DNA of 64,000 bases from Patescibacteria group bacterium (GTDB lineage: Bacteria > Patescibacteriota > Minisyncoccia > Phycocordibacterales > CAIZLB01): the NCBI GenBank assembly GCA_040384445.1, contig JAZKJG010000001.1, positions 7,650-71,649 on the forward strand, written 5' to 3'. Shown piece by piece: positions 53,911 through 62,095 of the stretch. Below the pieces are notes generated by a model. It was not told where the DNA came from. It did not search any database and saw only the letters and a program-made list of their open reading frames with translations. Each line of letters begins with the position of its first letter. Within the stretch, counting starts at the first letter, position 1. The position numbers and the translations under genes were made by a program.

Positions 53911-56394
53911 ATGGCAAAAAGCAAAGCATCCAACCCAGCAGAAGAACCTGAAATTGTAGTACCAGCCCACATAAACGTTATCCCAAGAGGAATTGTAGAA
54001 GAGATGCAAGAGTCATATATTGACTACGCCATGTCAGTTATTACTGAGCGTGCACTTCCAGATATCCGAGATGGTCTAAAGCCAGTACAGAGAAGAATTC
54101 TTTTCGCCATGCATAAGATGGGACTTGTCCCAACAGCAAAGTTTAAGAAAAGTGCAACAGTGATCGGAGAAACTATGGGTAACTACCACCCACACGGTGA
54201 TGCTGCTATTTATCAAACTATGGTAAATATGGTGCAGGACTTTAGTATGAGATATCCTCTGATTTGGGGACAGGGTAACTTCGGAAACATTGACGGGTAT
54301 CCAGCTGCTGCACACCGATATACTGAGTCACGAATGGCAAAAATCGCTCCATTCATGCTAGCTGATATTGAAAAGAATACAGTAGATTTTCGCCCAAACT
54401 ATGATGGAACAAAGCGAGAGCCGACCGTTCTTCCGACAGTTATTCCAAACATGCTTCTGAACGGAACTCTAGGTATTGCTGTAGGTATGGCAACAAACAT
54501 TCCTCCTCATAACTTGGGAGAGATTGTTGACGCCACAAACCATCTTATTGATAATCCAGAAGCAACAACTTCTGATCTCTTGGAGTTTGTAAAAGGACCT
54601 GATTTTCCAACAGGAGGGATTATTTTTGATAAAAAAGCGATTGAGATAGCAGAGACTCATGGAAAAGGTGGAGTTGTTATGCGAGGTGAGGCTGAGATTG
54701 TTGAAGAGAAAGCAGGACAAGCCAAGATTGTGATTACGTCTATTCCGTATCGAGTGAACAAAGCATCACTTATCGAAAGTGTGGCTGATCTTGTGCGAGA
54801 CAAAAAACTTGAAGGGATCAAGGATATTCGAGATGAATCAACAACTGATATTCGAATTGTAATTGATTTGAAAAATGGAGCATATCCACAAAATATTTTA
54901 AACTTCCTATACAAACATACTCAGCTCGAGTCTACGTTCCACTACAATATTGTTGCGCTTGTAGACGGTGCACCTCAGACATTGTCATTGCGATCATCAC
55001 TTGATCATTTTATTACACACAGAAAATCAGTTATTAAACGAAGAACAGAGTTTGATTTACTAAAAGCCAAAGATAGAGCACATATTTTAGAGGGTCTTAA
55101 AAAGGCACTCGATCATATTGATGAGATTATTGCTCTTATCAAGAGAAGTAAAGATACTCCTACTGCACATACAAACTTGATGAAAGAGTTTAAGTTTTCT
55201 GATAGACAGTCTACTGCTATTCTTGAAATGAAACTTCAGCGACTTGCATCCCTAGAGCGAAAGAAGATTGAGGATGAACTTAAAGCTGTACAGGCTCTTA
55301 TTAAAGATCTTGAAGATATTCTTAAGAATCCAAAACGAGTTATTACAATTATTAAAGATGAGTTATCGGACATTAAAGCAAAATTTGGTGATGCGCGCCG
55401 AACCCGAGTTGTTGCCCATGGTATCCAAAACTTCTCTATTGAAGATGTGATTGCGGATGAAGAAAGTGTGCTCGTACTTACATCGGGTGGATATATTAAA
55501 CGAACAAATCCAGACGAGTACAAGAAGCAACGACGTGGAGGGGTTGGAGTGGTTGATGTAGATGTAAAAGAAGAGGATTTTATTACGCATCTTGTTTCTG
55601 CAACGATGCATAACGATCTTCTGTTCTTTACAGACAAAGGAAAAGCGTACCAGATCAAAATGTATGATATTCCAGAAGGTAAACGAGCTACGCGAGGTAA
55701 GTCTATTCAAAACTTCCTTTCACTTTCACAGGATGAGAAGGTAACCTCTATTCTTCCAATGCCAAAAGAAGTGAAGAAAGGAAGTGATCTATCTCTGATG
55801 TTGATTACAAAAGATGGAGTTGGAAAACGAGTTGGAATTGACAGTTTCAAAGATGTACGAAGAAGTGGAATTATTTCTATAAGTCTTGATGCAGGGGATC
55901 AACTTATTTCAGCGTCTTTTGTAGAACCAAAAGATACTGTGATTCTTGTATCATCGGATGCGCAGTCTATCCGATTCTCAGTCGAAGAAGTACGAGAAAT
56001 GGGACGAGCAGCAGGAGGTGTGCGAGCAATGAAGCTTGATAAGGGTGCATATATAGTAGGTGCAATCCCTGTAAAAGCTGGAAGCAAAGATGAAGCAGAG
56101 CTTCTTACTGTATCTACAAAAGGATACGGAAAGAAAACTTCTCTTGATGAATATAAAGTACAAGGGCGAGGAGGATCAGGAATTAAAACATTTAAAGTAA
56201 CAGAAAAAACTGGAGATCTTATTGCAGCACAGGTTGTAACTGAAGAGATTGAAGAAGTGGTAGCTATTTCAAAGAAGAGTCAGGTGATTCGATGTGAACT
56301 TAAAGAGATTCCAAATCTAGGACGTGATACACAAGGTGTACGAATTATGAAGCTTCGAGAAGGTGATTCACTTGCATCAGTTGTTGGAGTTTAA
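53911..56394 (+). CDS. gyrA: DNA gyrase subunit A
   Basis: RALPDIRDGLKPVQRR, YHPHGD, AAHRYTE catalytic Tyr, GyrA-box QRRGGVG, C-terminal pinwheel repeats. Confidence 0.98.
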   Translation: MAKSKASNPAEEPEIVVPAHINVIPRGIVEEMQESYIDYAMSVITERALPDIRDGLKPVQRRILFAMHKMGLVPTAKFKKSATVIGETMGNYHPHGDAAIYQTMVNMVQDFSMRYPLIWGQGNFGNIDGYPAAAHRYTESRMAKIAPFMLADIEKNTVDFRPNYDGTKREPTVLPTVIPNMLLNGTLGIAVGMATNIPPHNLGEIVDATNHLIDNPEATTSDLLEFVKGPDFPTGGIIFDKKAIEIAETHGKGGVVMRGEAEIVEEKAGQAKIVITSIPYRVNKASLIESVADLVRDKKLEGIKDIRDESTTDIRIVIDLKNGAYPQNILNFLYKHTQLESTFHYNIVALVDGAPQTLSLRSSLDHFITHRKSVIKRRTEFDLLKAKDRAHILEGLKKALDHIDEIIALIKRSKDTPTAHTNLMKEFKFSDRQSTAILEMKLQRLASLERKKIEDELKAVQALIKDLEDILKNPKRVITIIKDELSDIKAKFGDARRTRVVAHGIQNFSIEDVIADEESVLVLTSGGYIKRTNPDEYKKQRRGGVGVVDVDVKEEDFITHLVSATMHNDLLFFTDKGKAYQIKMYDIPEGKRATRGKSIQNFLSLSQDEKVTSILPMPKEVKKGSDLSLMLITKDGVGKRVGIDSFKDVRRSGIISISLDAGDQLISASFVEPKDTVILVSSDAQSIRFSVEEVREMGRAAGGVRAMKLDKGAYIVGAIPVKAGSKDEAELLTVSTKGYGKKTSLDEYKVQGRGGSGIKTFKVTEKTGDLIAAQVVTEEIEEVVAISKKSQVIRCELKEIPNLGRDTQGVRIMKLREGDSLASVVGV

Positions 56395-56421
56395 GGGTAG
56401 AAACGTTATACTATAATCAAT

Positions 56422-57765
56422 ATGAGCATCACAAAAGACCTGAATATATTTCAACTTGTCACCATGGCTATATTTTTAGTTATCGGTGCAATTGGAATCG
56501 TATTATTTGCAACGAGTAAGGCAGGTATTGGTTCAAAAGGATATAAAGCAGAAGTGTGGGGAGTACTTCCAAAATCTGTCATCGATACTTCTCTCGATTC
56601 ATATAGAATTCAAGGGATTGATCCAAACTTCACGTATACAGAATTTCCTGAAGTTGGGTTTGGTCAAGCGATACTTCAAGCGGTTGCTGAAGGTCGAGGA
56701 CCTGATGCGATTATTTTCCCTGACACTATGTATTTTGGTCAGGTAAATAAGCTCGTTACAATTCCTTCAGAAACAATTTCTGCAAAAACATTTGAAGAGA
56801 CATATATTGATGCTGGAAGAAAATTTGGTGTTGTTGGAGGAATTAAAGCTTTTCCACTTGTAGTAGATCCGATTGTAATGTATTACAACCGAGACATGTT
56901 TACATCGGCTGGAATTCTAATTCCACCAAAGACATGGAAAGAAGTGAGTGATCTTACAAACAAAATTGCGCGAAAACGAGATGATGGAGTTCTAGATCGA
57001 GCTTTTGTGGCGCTTGGAGAATATTCGAACATAAATCATGCCAAGGAAATTATATATACTCTACTTTCACAAGCTGGTGTTCGAATGAGTTTTTATGATG
57101 CTGGAATTAGCTCGTATAGTTCTGGTATTACAAAATCACAACAATCTGAGCTCGAGGCTGGTGCTATCTCTGCATCAGAAAAAACTCGTTCAGTGCTTTC
57201 GTATTACACTGAATTTGCAAACCCCTTGAAATCTACATATTCATGGAATAGATCTTTTTCTTCATCTAGAGATGCATTTCTTGCGCAAAACTTAGCTGTG
57301 TACTTTGGTCCAGGAAGTGAAGTCGAATACATGAGAAGTCGAAACCCAAATCTTAACTTCGCTATTGCTCCAGTTCCGCAAGAGAATTCTGATTTTAAAT
57401 CAGTACACGGAAAAACATACGCACTTGGGTTTTTGATTACATCAAAAAATGTAAAAGGTGCATATGACGAGGTGACAAAATTCTTTACTGCAGATCCTAT
57501 GATGGAGGGGTTGGCAAATGCAATGAGAATTGCTCCTGCAAAACGATCTCTTATTATCACTTCAAAATCAGCTCTAAACAGTGCAGATCTTGGTGTGATC
57601 TATGATTCAGCCGTATACGCAGGCACATGGATGGATCCAAATCCTGCTGCGTCAGATGATATTTTGACAACCCTCATCGAGGCAATCACAAGTGGTAAGC
57701 AAACTATTTCAGAGTCTATACAAGACGCCTCAGATAGATTGGATCGATTATATAACCCACAATAG
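56422..57765 (+). CDS. Membrane-anchored extracellular solute-binding protein (sugar-binding family 1-like)
   Basis: TM, GRGPDAI, FPLVVD..MYYNRDMF..PPKTW, NPNLNFAIAPVPQ. Confidence 0.85.
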   Translation: MSITKDLNIFQLVTMAIFLVIGAIGIVLFATSKAGIGSKGYKAEVWGVLPKSVIDTSLDSYRIQGIDPNFTYTEFPEVGFGQAILQAVAEGRGPDAIIFPDTMYFGQVNKLVTIPSETISAKTFEETYIDAGRKFGVVGGIKAFPLVVDPIVMYYNRDMFTSAGILIPPKTWKEVSDLTNKIARKRDDGVLDRAFVALGEYSNINHAKEIIYTLLSQAGVRMSFYDAGISSYSSGITKSQQSELEAGAISASEKTRSVLSYYTEFANPLKSTYSWNRSFSSSRDAFLAQNLAVYFGPGSEVEYMRSRNPNLNFAIAPVPQENSDFKSVHGKTYALGFLITSKNVKGAYDEVTKFFTADPMMEGLANAMRIAPAKRSLIITSKSALNSADLGVIYDSAVYAGTWMDPNPAASDDILTTLIEAITSGKQTISESIQDASDRLDRLYNPQ

Positions 57766-57782
57766 TGTGATATTATAAAGCT

Positions 57783-58094
57783 ATGGGAAATTTTTTAAAA
57801 CTTCAATGCTTTGGTGAGCAAGCTGGATGTGGGTGGAAAGAATTAGAGCCGTTAGTAACTGGTATCTTAAAAAATTTATTAATCATCGGAATGTTTATTG
57901 CAGCAGTTATGATTTCGTACACAGGGTGGATTTTGTTTAAAGGTATGGGCGACCCTTCTGCACGAAGTAAAGCACGAGCAAAGTTAATTAATATTGTGAT
58001 CGGACTTATTATTCTCTTTGGTGCGTACTTTATAGTAGATTTGGTATTGACACAGCTTGGGGTAAAAGGTGACTATAGAAAAATAGGTATTTAA
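57783..58094 (+). CDS. TrbC/VirB2-like pilin 1
   Basis: Two hydrophobic helices joined by GDPSARSKARAKL..IIG. Confidence 0.75.
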   Translation: MGNFLKLQCFGEQAGCGWKELEPLVTGILKNLLIIGMFIAAVMISYTGWILFKGMGDPSARSKARAKLINIVIGLIILFGAYFIVDLVLTQLGVKGDYRKIGI

Positions 58095-58115
58095 AAGCTA
58101 TAATTATATATACAT

Positions 58116-58382
58116 ATGCAAATTCCGAATCCGACAAAATTTAATGATCTGACACAAATTGTGGCAGTAGTTGTAAACGTTGTACAAATTCTTCTTATCA
58201 TGGCTACGACTCTATATCTGATCTATGCAGGTCTGATGTTTGTGACAGCACGAGGAGATTCTGCAAAGCTTACAAAAGCGCGAGACGCGTTACTTTGGGG
58301 AATGGTTGGAGCTGCACTTATTCTTGCAGCACGAGTTCTCGTGACAACATTACAAGGGACAGTTAATAGCGTATTAGGATAA
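58116..58382 (+). CDS. TrbC/VirB2-like pilin 2
   Basis: IPNP..YAGLMFVTARGDSAKLTKARDALLWGMVG. Confidence 0.8.
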   Translation: MQIPNPTKFNDLTQIVAVVVNVVQILLIMATTLYLIYAGLMFVTARGDSAKLTKARDALLWGMVGAALILAARVLVTTLQGTVNSVLG

Positions 58383-58386
58383 TTTT

Positions 58387-58929
58387 ATGAAATATATATT
58401 TTTATTTTTACTTTTGGTTACTGCGGGAGGTGTTGGAGCACAAGGTGTTGATTATAAAGCGAATCCAAATTTTTATACAGACAATGTTGCTCAATCAAAT
58501 GCGAGCGGAGGATTGCTTAATACATCAGACAGTAATACAAGTGGAGGGCAAGTAAATACGTCTGGAGGTAATTTTAGTGGTGGGCAAATAAACACTTCGG
58601 GTGGTAACTACAGTGGTGGTCAACTTCAAGAGATAAGTAAGCCTAATCTTACAATCGTAGGAATTACAAACTGGTTTGTTCAAATTCTAAATTATATCGG
58701 TATCCTTATCTTCACTGCAGCACTTGTATGTTTCTTGTATGGAGTCTTCCTGCTTATGTTTGTTCATGGTGCGAGTGACGAATCTCGATCAAAAGGTAAA
58801 AAATTTATTACATGGGGAATCGTTTCTCTGTTTGTTATGACATCGACTTGGGGACTTGTAAACATTCTACGATCTTCAATCTTTGGTTCAAGTGGGGGAA
58901 GTACCTTGTATATCCCACAACTAAAGTAG
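58387..58929 (+). CDS. TrbC/VirB2-like pilin 3 with N-terminal 12-aa repeats
   Basis: Signal peptide, NTSGGNxSGGQx repeats, FLYG..SKGKKFITWGIVSLFVMTSTWGLVNIL. Confidence 0.75.
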   Translation: MKYIFLFLLLVTAGGVGAQGVDYKANPNFYTDNVAQSNASGGLLNTSDSNTSGGQVNTSGGNFSGGQINTSGGNYSGGQLQEISKPNLTIVGITNWFVQILNYIGILIFTAALVCFLYGVFLLMFVHGASDESRSKGKKFITWGIVSLFVMTSTWGLVNILRSSIFGSSGGSTLYIPQLK

Positions 58930-58977
58930 TATACTATATACGTATTTATTAATTAATTAAACAATCATTATTTCTAT

Positions 58978-59367
58978 ATGAAATTATTACTATCAATATT
59001 AACCTTAGCCCTTACTCCTGTTTTTGCTTTTGCACAGGGAGCAGCACCAGTAACTCGAACAGTTGATGGATTTCTAAACTACCTTATCTACATTGCAGGA
59101 CGAGCACTTCCACTTCTTATTCTAGCTGCTGTTGTTCTACTCCTTTTTGGAATCGTAAATACATTTTTCTTCCAAAGTGATGGTGAAAAGAGAAAAGAAG
59201 GAAAGTCATTTATCATATGGGGAATTGTTGCATTGTTTGTTATGGTATCAGTATGGGGACTTGTAAACATCCTACGTTCAACTTTCCAGCTTGATAATAA
59301 TAATATTCCATCAGCTCCTACTATCCCAGTACAGAACGCACCGATGGCAGTACCTACAACAAACTAA
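58978..59367 (+). CDS. TrbC/VirB2-like pilin 4
   Basis: Signal peptide (VFAFAQ), LFGIV..KEGKSFIIWGIVALFVMVSVWGLVNIL. Confidence 0.8.
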   Translation: MKLLLSILTLALTPVFAFAQGAAPVTRTVDGFLNYLIYIAGRALPLLILAAVVLLLFGIVNTFFFQSDGEKRKEGKSFIIWGIVALFVMVSVWGLVNILRSTFQLDNNNIPSAPTIPVQNAPMAVPTTN

Positions 59368-59384
59368 AGAATAGTTGTTGCTAT

Positions 59385-59413
59385 AAAAACCTAACGATGA
59401 GTTAGGTTTTTTT
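59385..59413 (+). terminator. Intrinsic terminator after pilin 4
   Basis: AAAAACCTAAC-loop-GTTAGGTTTTTTT. Confidence 0.75.
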
Positions 59414-59438
59414 GGTATCTGTATTATAATAAACACAT

Positions 59439-59732
59439 ATGAATTCAGCACTCGTGATTATATCTAAAATTAATCAAAATATTCTTAATCCAATTATAAT
59501 CATACTATTCGGGGTCGCGATGATTTATTTCTTGTTTGGAGTTCTAGAATATTTATGGAAATCAAAGTCAGATCCTGCTGCAATTCAAACAGGCGCAAAG
59601 CATATGGGGTGGGGATTATTCGGAATGTTCGTCATGGTTTCTGTGTTTGGGTTCTTACAGTTTATTATTAATACATTGCCGATTGATACGACAACGAAGG
59701 ATAATGTAAACAAAGTATTGCCGTTAAATTAA
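59439..59732 (+). CDS. TrbC/VirB2-like pilin 5
   Basis: ILNPII..FLFGV..GAKHMGWGLFGMFVMVSVFG. Confidence 0.75.
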   Translation: MNSALVIISKINQNILNPIIIILFGVAMIYFLFGVLEYLWKSKSDPAAIQTGAKHMGWGLFGMFVMVSVFGFLQFIINTLPIDTTTKDNVNKVLPLN

Positions 59733-59738
59733 AAAAAG

Positions 59739-59772
59739 AACCCCTAGCGGCTCGGGTGAGCTACTAGGGGTT
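59739..59772. terminator. Terminator between convergent genes
   Basis: AACCCCTAG..CTAGGGGTT with an inner GCTC/GAGC stem and an A-run on the left. Confidence 0.75.
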
Positions 59773-59786
59773 TGAGTTTGATGCGG

Positions 59787-60479
59787 TTAGGATTTAACCT
59801 CTGCATCCAGTCCGATTTCAGCGACTATAGGAGTGGGATCATCCTTATCTTGGATGATCCTGATACCTGAAATGTTCTTGACATCACTGAGACTGAAGGG
59901 GTGAAGTTCACCCCATTTGTTGTTCTGCCAGTCCCAAGTTCTTCCTTGGCCGTCCCCGATGTGTTTGATTCTGAGTTTTGAGGAAGGTTTCCCTTTCTCA
60001 GTGATGATCATGTCGTAAACGACCGGACCTTCACAACTCACGACCGCCCGTTTGTATTTGGCGACCGGGATCATCTGCATCTCTTCGCCATCCTTCAGGA
60101 CGTACCATCCACGCAATTCCTTGCGAGTAGGTTTAAAGATCCCGTGGGGACCACCTTCATCGCTGTAGAACATGAAGTTGAGCCCCTTGAATTCCAACCG
60201 AGGAACATTTCTGTCCTGGTAGAGACTCTTTTCGATAATAGTTGTTTTCTTGGTTTCTGTTACCGAAACGGAGCCGTCGAGGCTACGGCTGACGGTTGGG
60301 GGAGGTGTGGGGGTGGAAGGTGTTTCGGGTTCGAGGTTGACGTTTGTTACTGTAGTGCTTTGAGGAACTGGTTGCGACAGGATCCTCAATTGTCTTTCGG
60401 TATGACAACTTTTGACTTTGAGTGCAAAGAAGATAAACACAGCAAAGGCCATTACGGCACCAATTCTTATTTTAGTCAT
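59787..60479 (-). CDS. Hypothetical membrane-anchored protein (ORFan cassette, more GC-rich)
   Basis: N-terminal TM and P/T linker. TTGCTT-17-TATAAT promoter (60587-60559). Confidence 0.7.
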   Translation of the reverse strand: MTKIRIGAVMAFAVFIFFALKVKSCHTERQLRILSQPVPQSTTVTNVNLEPETPSTPTPPPTVSRSLDGSVSVTETKKTTIIEKSLYQDRNVPRLEFKGLNFMFYSDEGGPHGIFKPTRKELRGWYVLKDGEEMQMIPVAKYKRAVVSCEGPVVYDMIITEKGKPSSKLRIKHIGDGQGRTWDWQNNKWGELHPFSLSDVKNISGIRIIQDKDDPTPIVAEIGLDAEVKS

Positions 60480-60598
60480 ATGTGTAGCTTTCTGGTAAAG
60501 GACTCGTTCATGATTTCTCCTGCTTCCATCATGGAAGTAGTCTCACAAACATGTATATATTATACCATTATTAAGGTAAAAAAGCAAGTATAATAAAA

Positions 60599-60641
60599 TC
60601 CCGCAAGGAAACCCTTATTTATAGGGTAAATCCTTGCGGGA
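60599..60641 (-). terminator. Intrinsic terminator
   Basis: TCCCGCAAGGA..TCCTTGCGGGA with an inner ACCCT/AGGGT stem. Confidence 0.75.
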
Positions 60642-60657
60642 ATGATGTAGTAGGCTG

Positions 60658-62001
60658 TTATTTTCTATCCTTCTTCGAACTGTCGATATTGAGGAATGTT
60701 CCTGAGGCAGCCTTACCTGCAAGTTCAATTGTCTGACGAGTTCCTTCCTTACGTTCAACCTGTTCCTTGGCTTCTTTCATTGAAATCATATCATCACCTT
60801 TGAGTTCTGTCGGTGTGCCGATCATGTTGAGATCCTTCCACGTTTCCAGGATCTTTTCATTGGTGTTTTTGAGATCAATACGTTCGGTCTCTTCGTCGAT
60901 TATCTGAGCCGCTTTCCTCTGCATTGCCCGAACGATATCCGGATACTCGTTTTCTATGTCTTTAACTCGGATATCAAGAAGATCGAAGCCTAGATTGTTG
61001 AGTAACGTATGCGCACTCTCTGGACCTCTTTCATCCATTATTTCTTTAGAGAGTGTGTCTGTGGCTGCCTTTAAGATATCAATGTTGGGGAAGCGTTTAA
61101 CTTCATTTCCATCTTTATCCAATTTAACCTTTTCAATCTCGTCTAGTACAGGCATCTGCACAAAACGGAAGATGACAGCATTAATTGCAGCAACAACTCG
61201 TCTCTCTTTGTCTCCTGCGAGTTTCAAGTATGCACGTGTGCTGTTAGGGCGATACTCGAACGAAACGTCAAACTTAGCTCTGAAGCCATTACCTTCAACG
61301 ATGAATGGTTCACGCTTGCCATCTTTTCCAAGCAAGCCAATTGTAACATTTTCCTTTTGAAATGGGACTGTTAAAATTTCCGTCCCAATCCATTTCGGCA
61401 GCCCAAGACAGGTAAAGCCATGGTGAATATCATCGAATATAGGCTTTCCGAAATAAAGAATTACTCCTCTAAAGTTAAGCCCGATAGTTGTTGAATCAAA
61501 GCTATCCCAGACAGAATAGACTACTCCAAGCAACAGAATCAAGTCGAAGGCAGATTTGAAAAATCCACTTCCGCCAAGAGGGATGTAGAGCAGTGTATTC
61601 AGAATTGTCCAGATAACATATGTTCCAACTGTATGGAAAGAAATGAAGAATATGAATCGGCATAAGTTGCTCTCAGTATTTGACAACCGAGGTCCAACAA
61701 GTTCCGAAGGCATACCTTTATCTCCTTTAATTTCGACTGCTGGTTTTTTAAGCCAAGCATATATCCCCCAAGTTCCCAAGAGAACCAAGGTTGTAATGAT
61801 AAGCGGTGTTGCAATTGTTTCCGGATTCAGATTAATCTGGTCCCTAGGAAGCACTGTGCTATTCAGCCACATGATTCCTAGAACAGAGAGCAGGGTTGTG
61901 ATAGGGATTATCCAGAAGAAAATCAACCGATGCATCCTTCCTCTCCTGACTCTCTCATTCTCGATCTGCAGATGCAGTTCTTTAGATATTACTCTTTCCA
62001 T
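60658..62001 (-). CDS. Multi-TM protein with divergent SPFH/band-7 domain (start probably 62001)
   Basis: Four TM helices, then RGVILYFGK..G..P, FDVSFEYR, LGFDLLDIRVKDI..DIVRAM. The promoter TTGATT-17-TATAAT (62092-62064) excludes the ATG at 62061. Confidence 0.65.
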   Translation of the reverse strand: MERVISKELHLQIENERVRRGRMHRLIFFWIIPITTLLSVLGIMWLNSTVLPRDQINLNPETIATPLIITTLVLLGTWGIYAWLKKPAVEIKGDKGMPSELVGPRLSNTESNLCRFIFFISFHTVGTYVIWTILNTLLYIPLGGSGFFKSAFDLILLLGVVYSVWDSFDSTTIGLNFRGVILYFGKPIFDDIHHGFTCLGLPKWIGTEILTVPFQKENVTIGLLGKDGKREPFIVEGNGFRAKFDVSFEYRPNSTRAYLKLAGDKERRVVAAINAVIFRFVQMPVLDEIEKVKLDKDGNEVKRFPNIDILKAATDTLSKEIMDERGPESAHTLLNNLGFDLLDIRVKDIENEYPDIVRAMQRKAAQIIDEETERIDLKNTNEKILETWKDLNMIGTPTELKGDDMISMKEAKEQVERKEGTRQTIELAGKAASGTFLNIDSSKKDRK

Positions 62002-62095
62002 AACGGTATAGGTGTTGGGTTTGGTGTTAAAGATCCAAGGAAGTCTCTCTTCCTTACCCATGTATTATACCTTATTTTACCCTAAAAATCAACCC

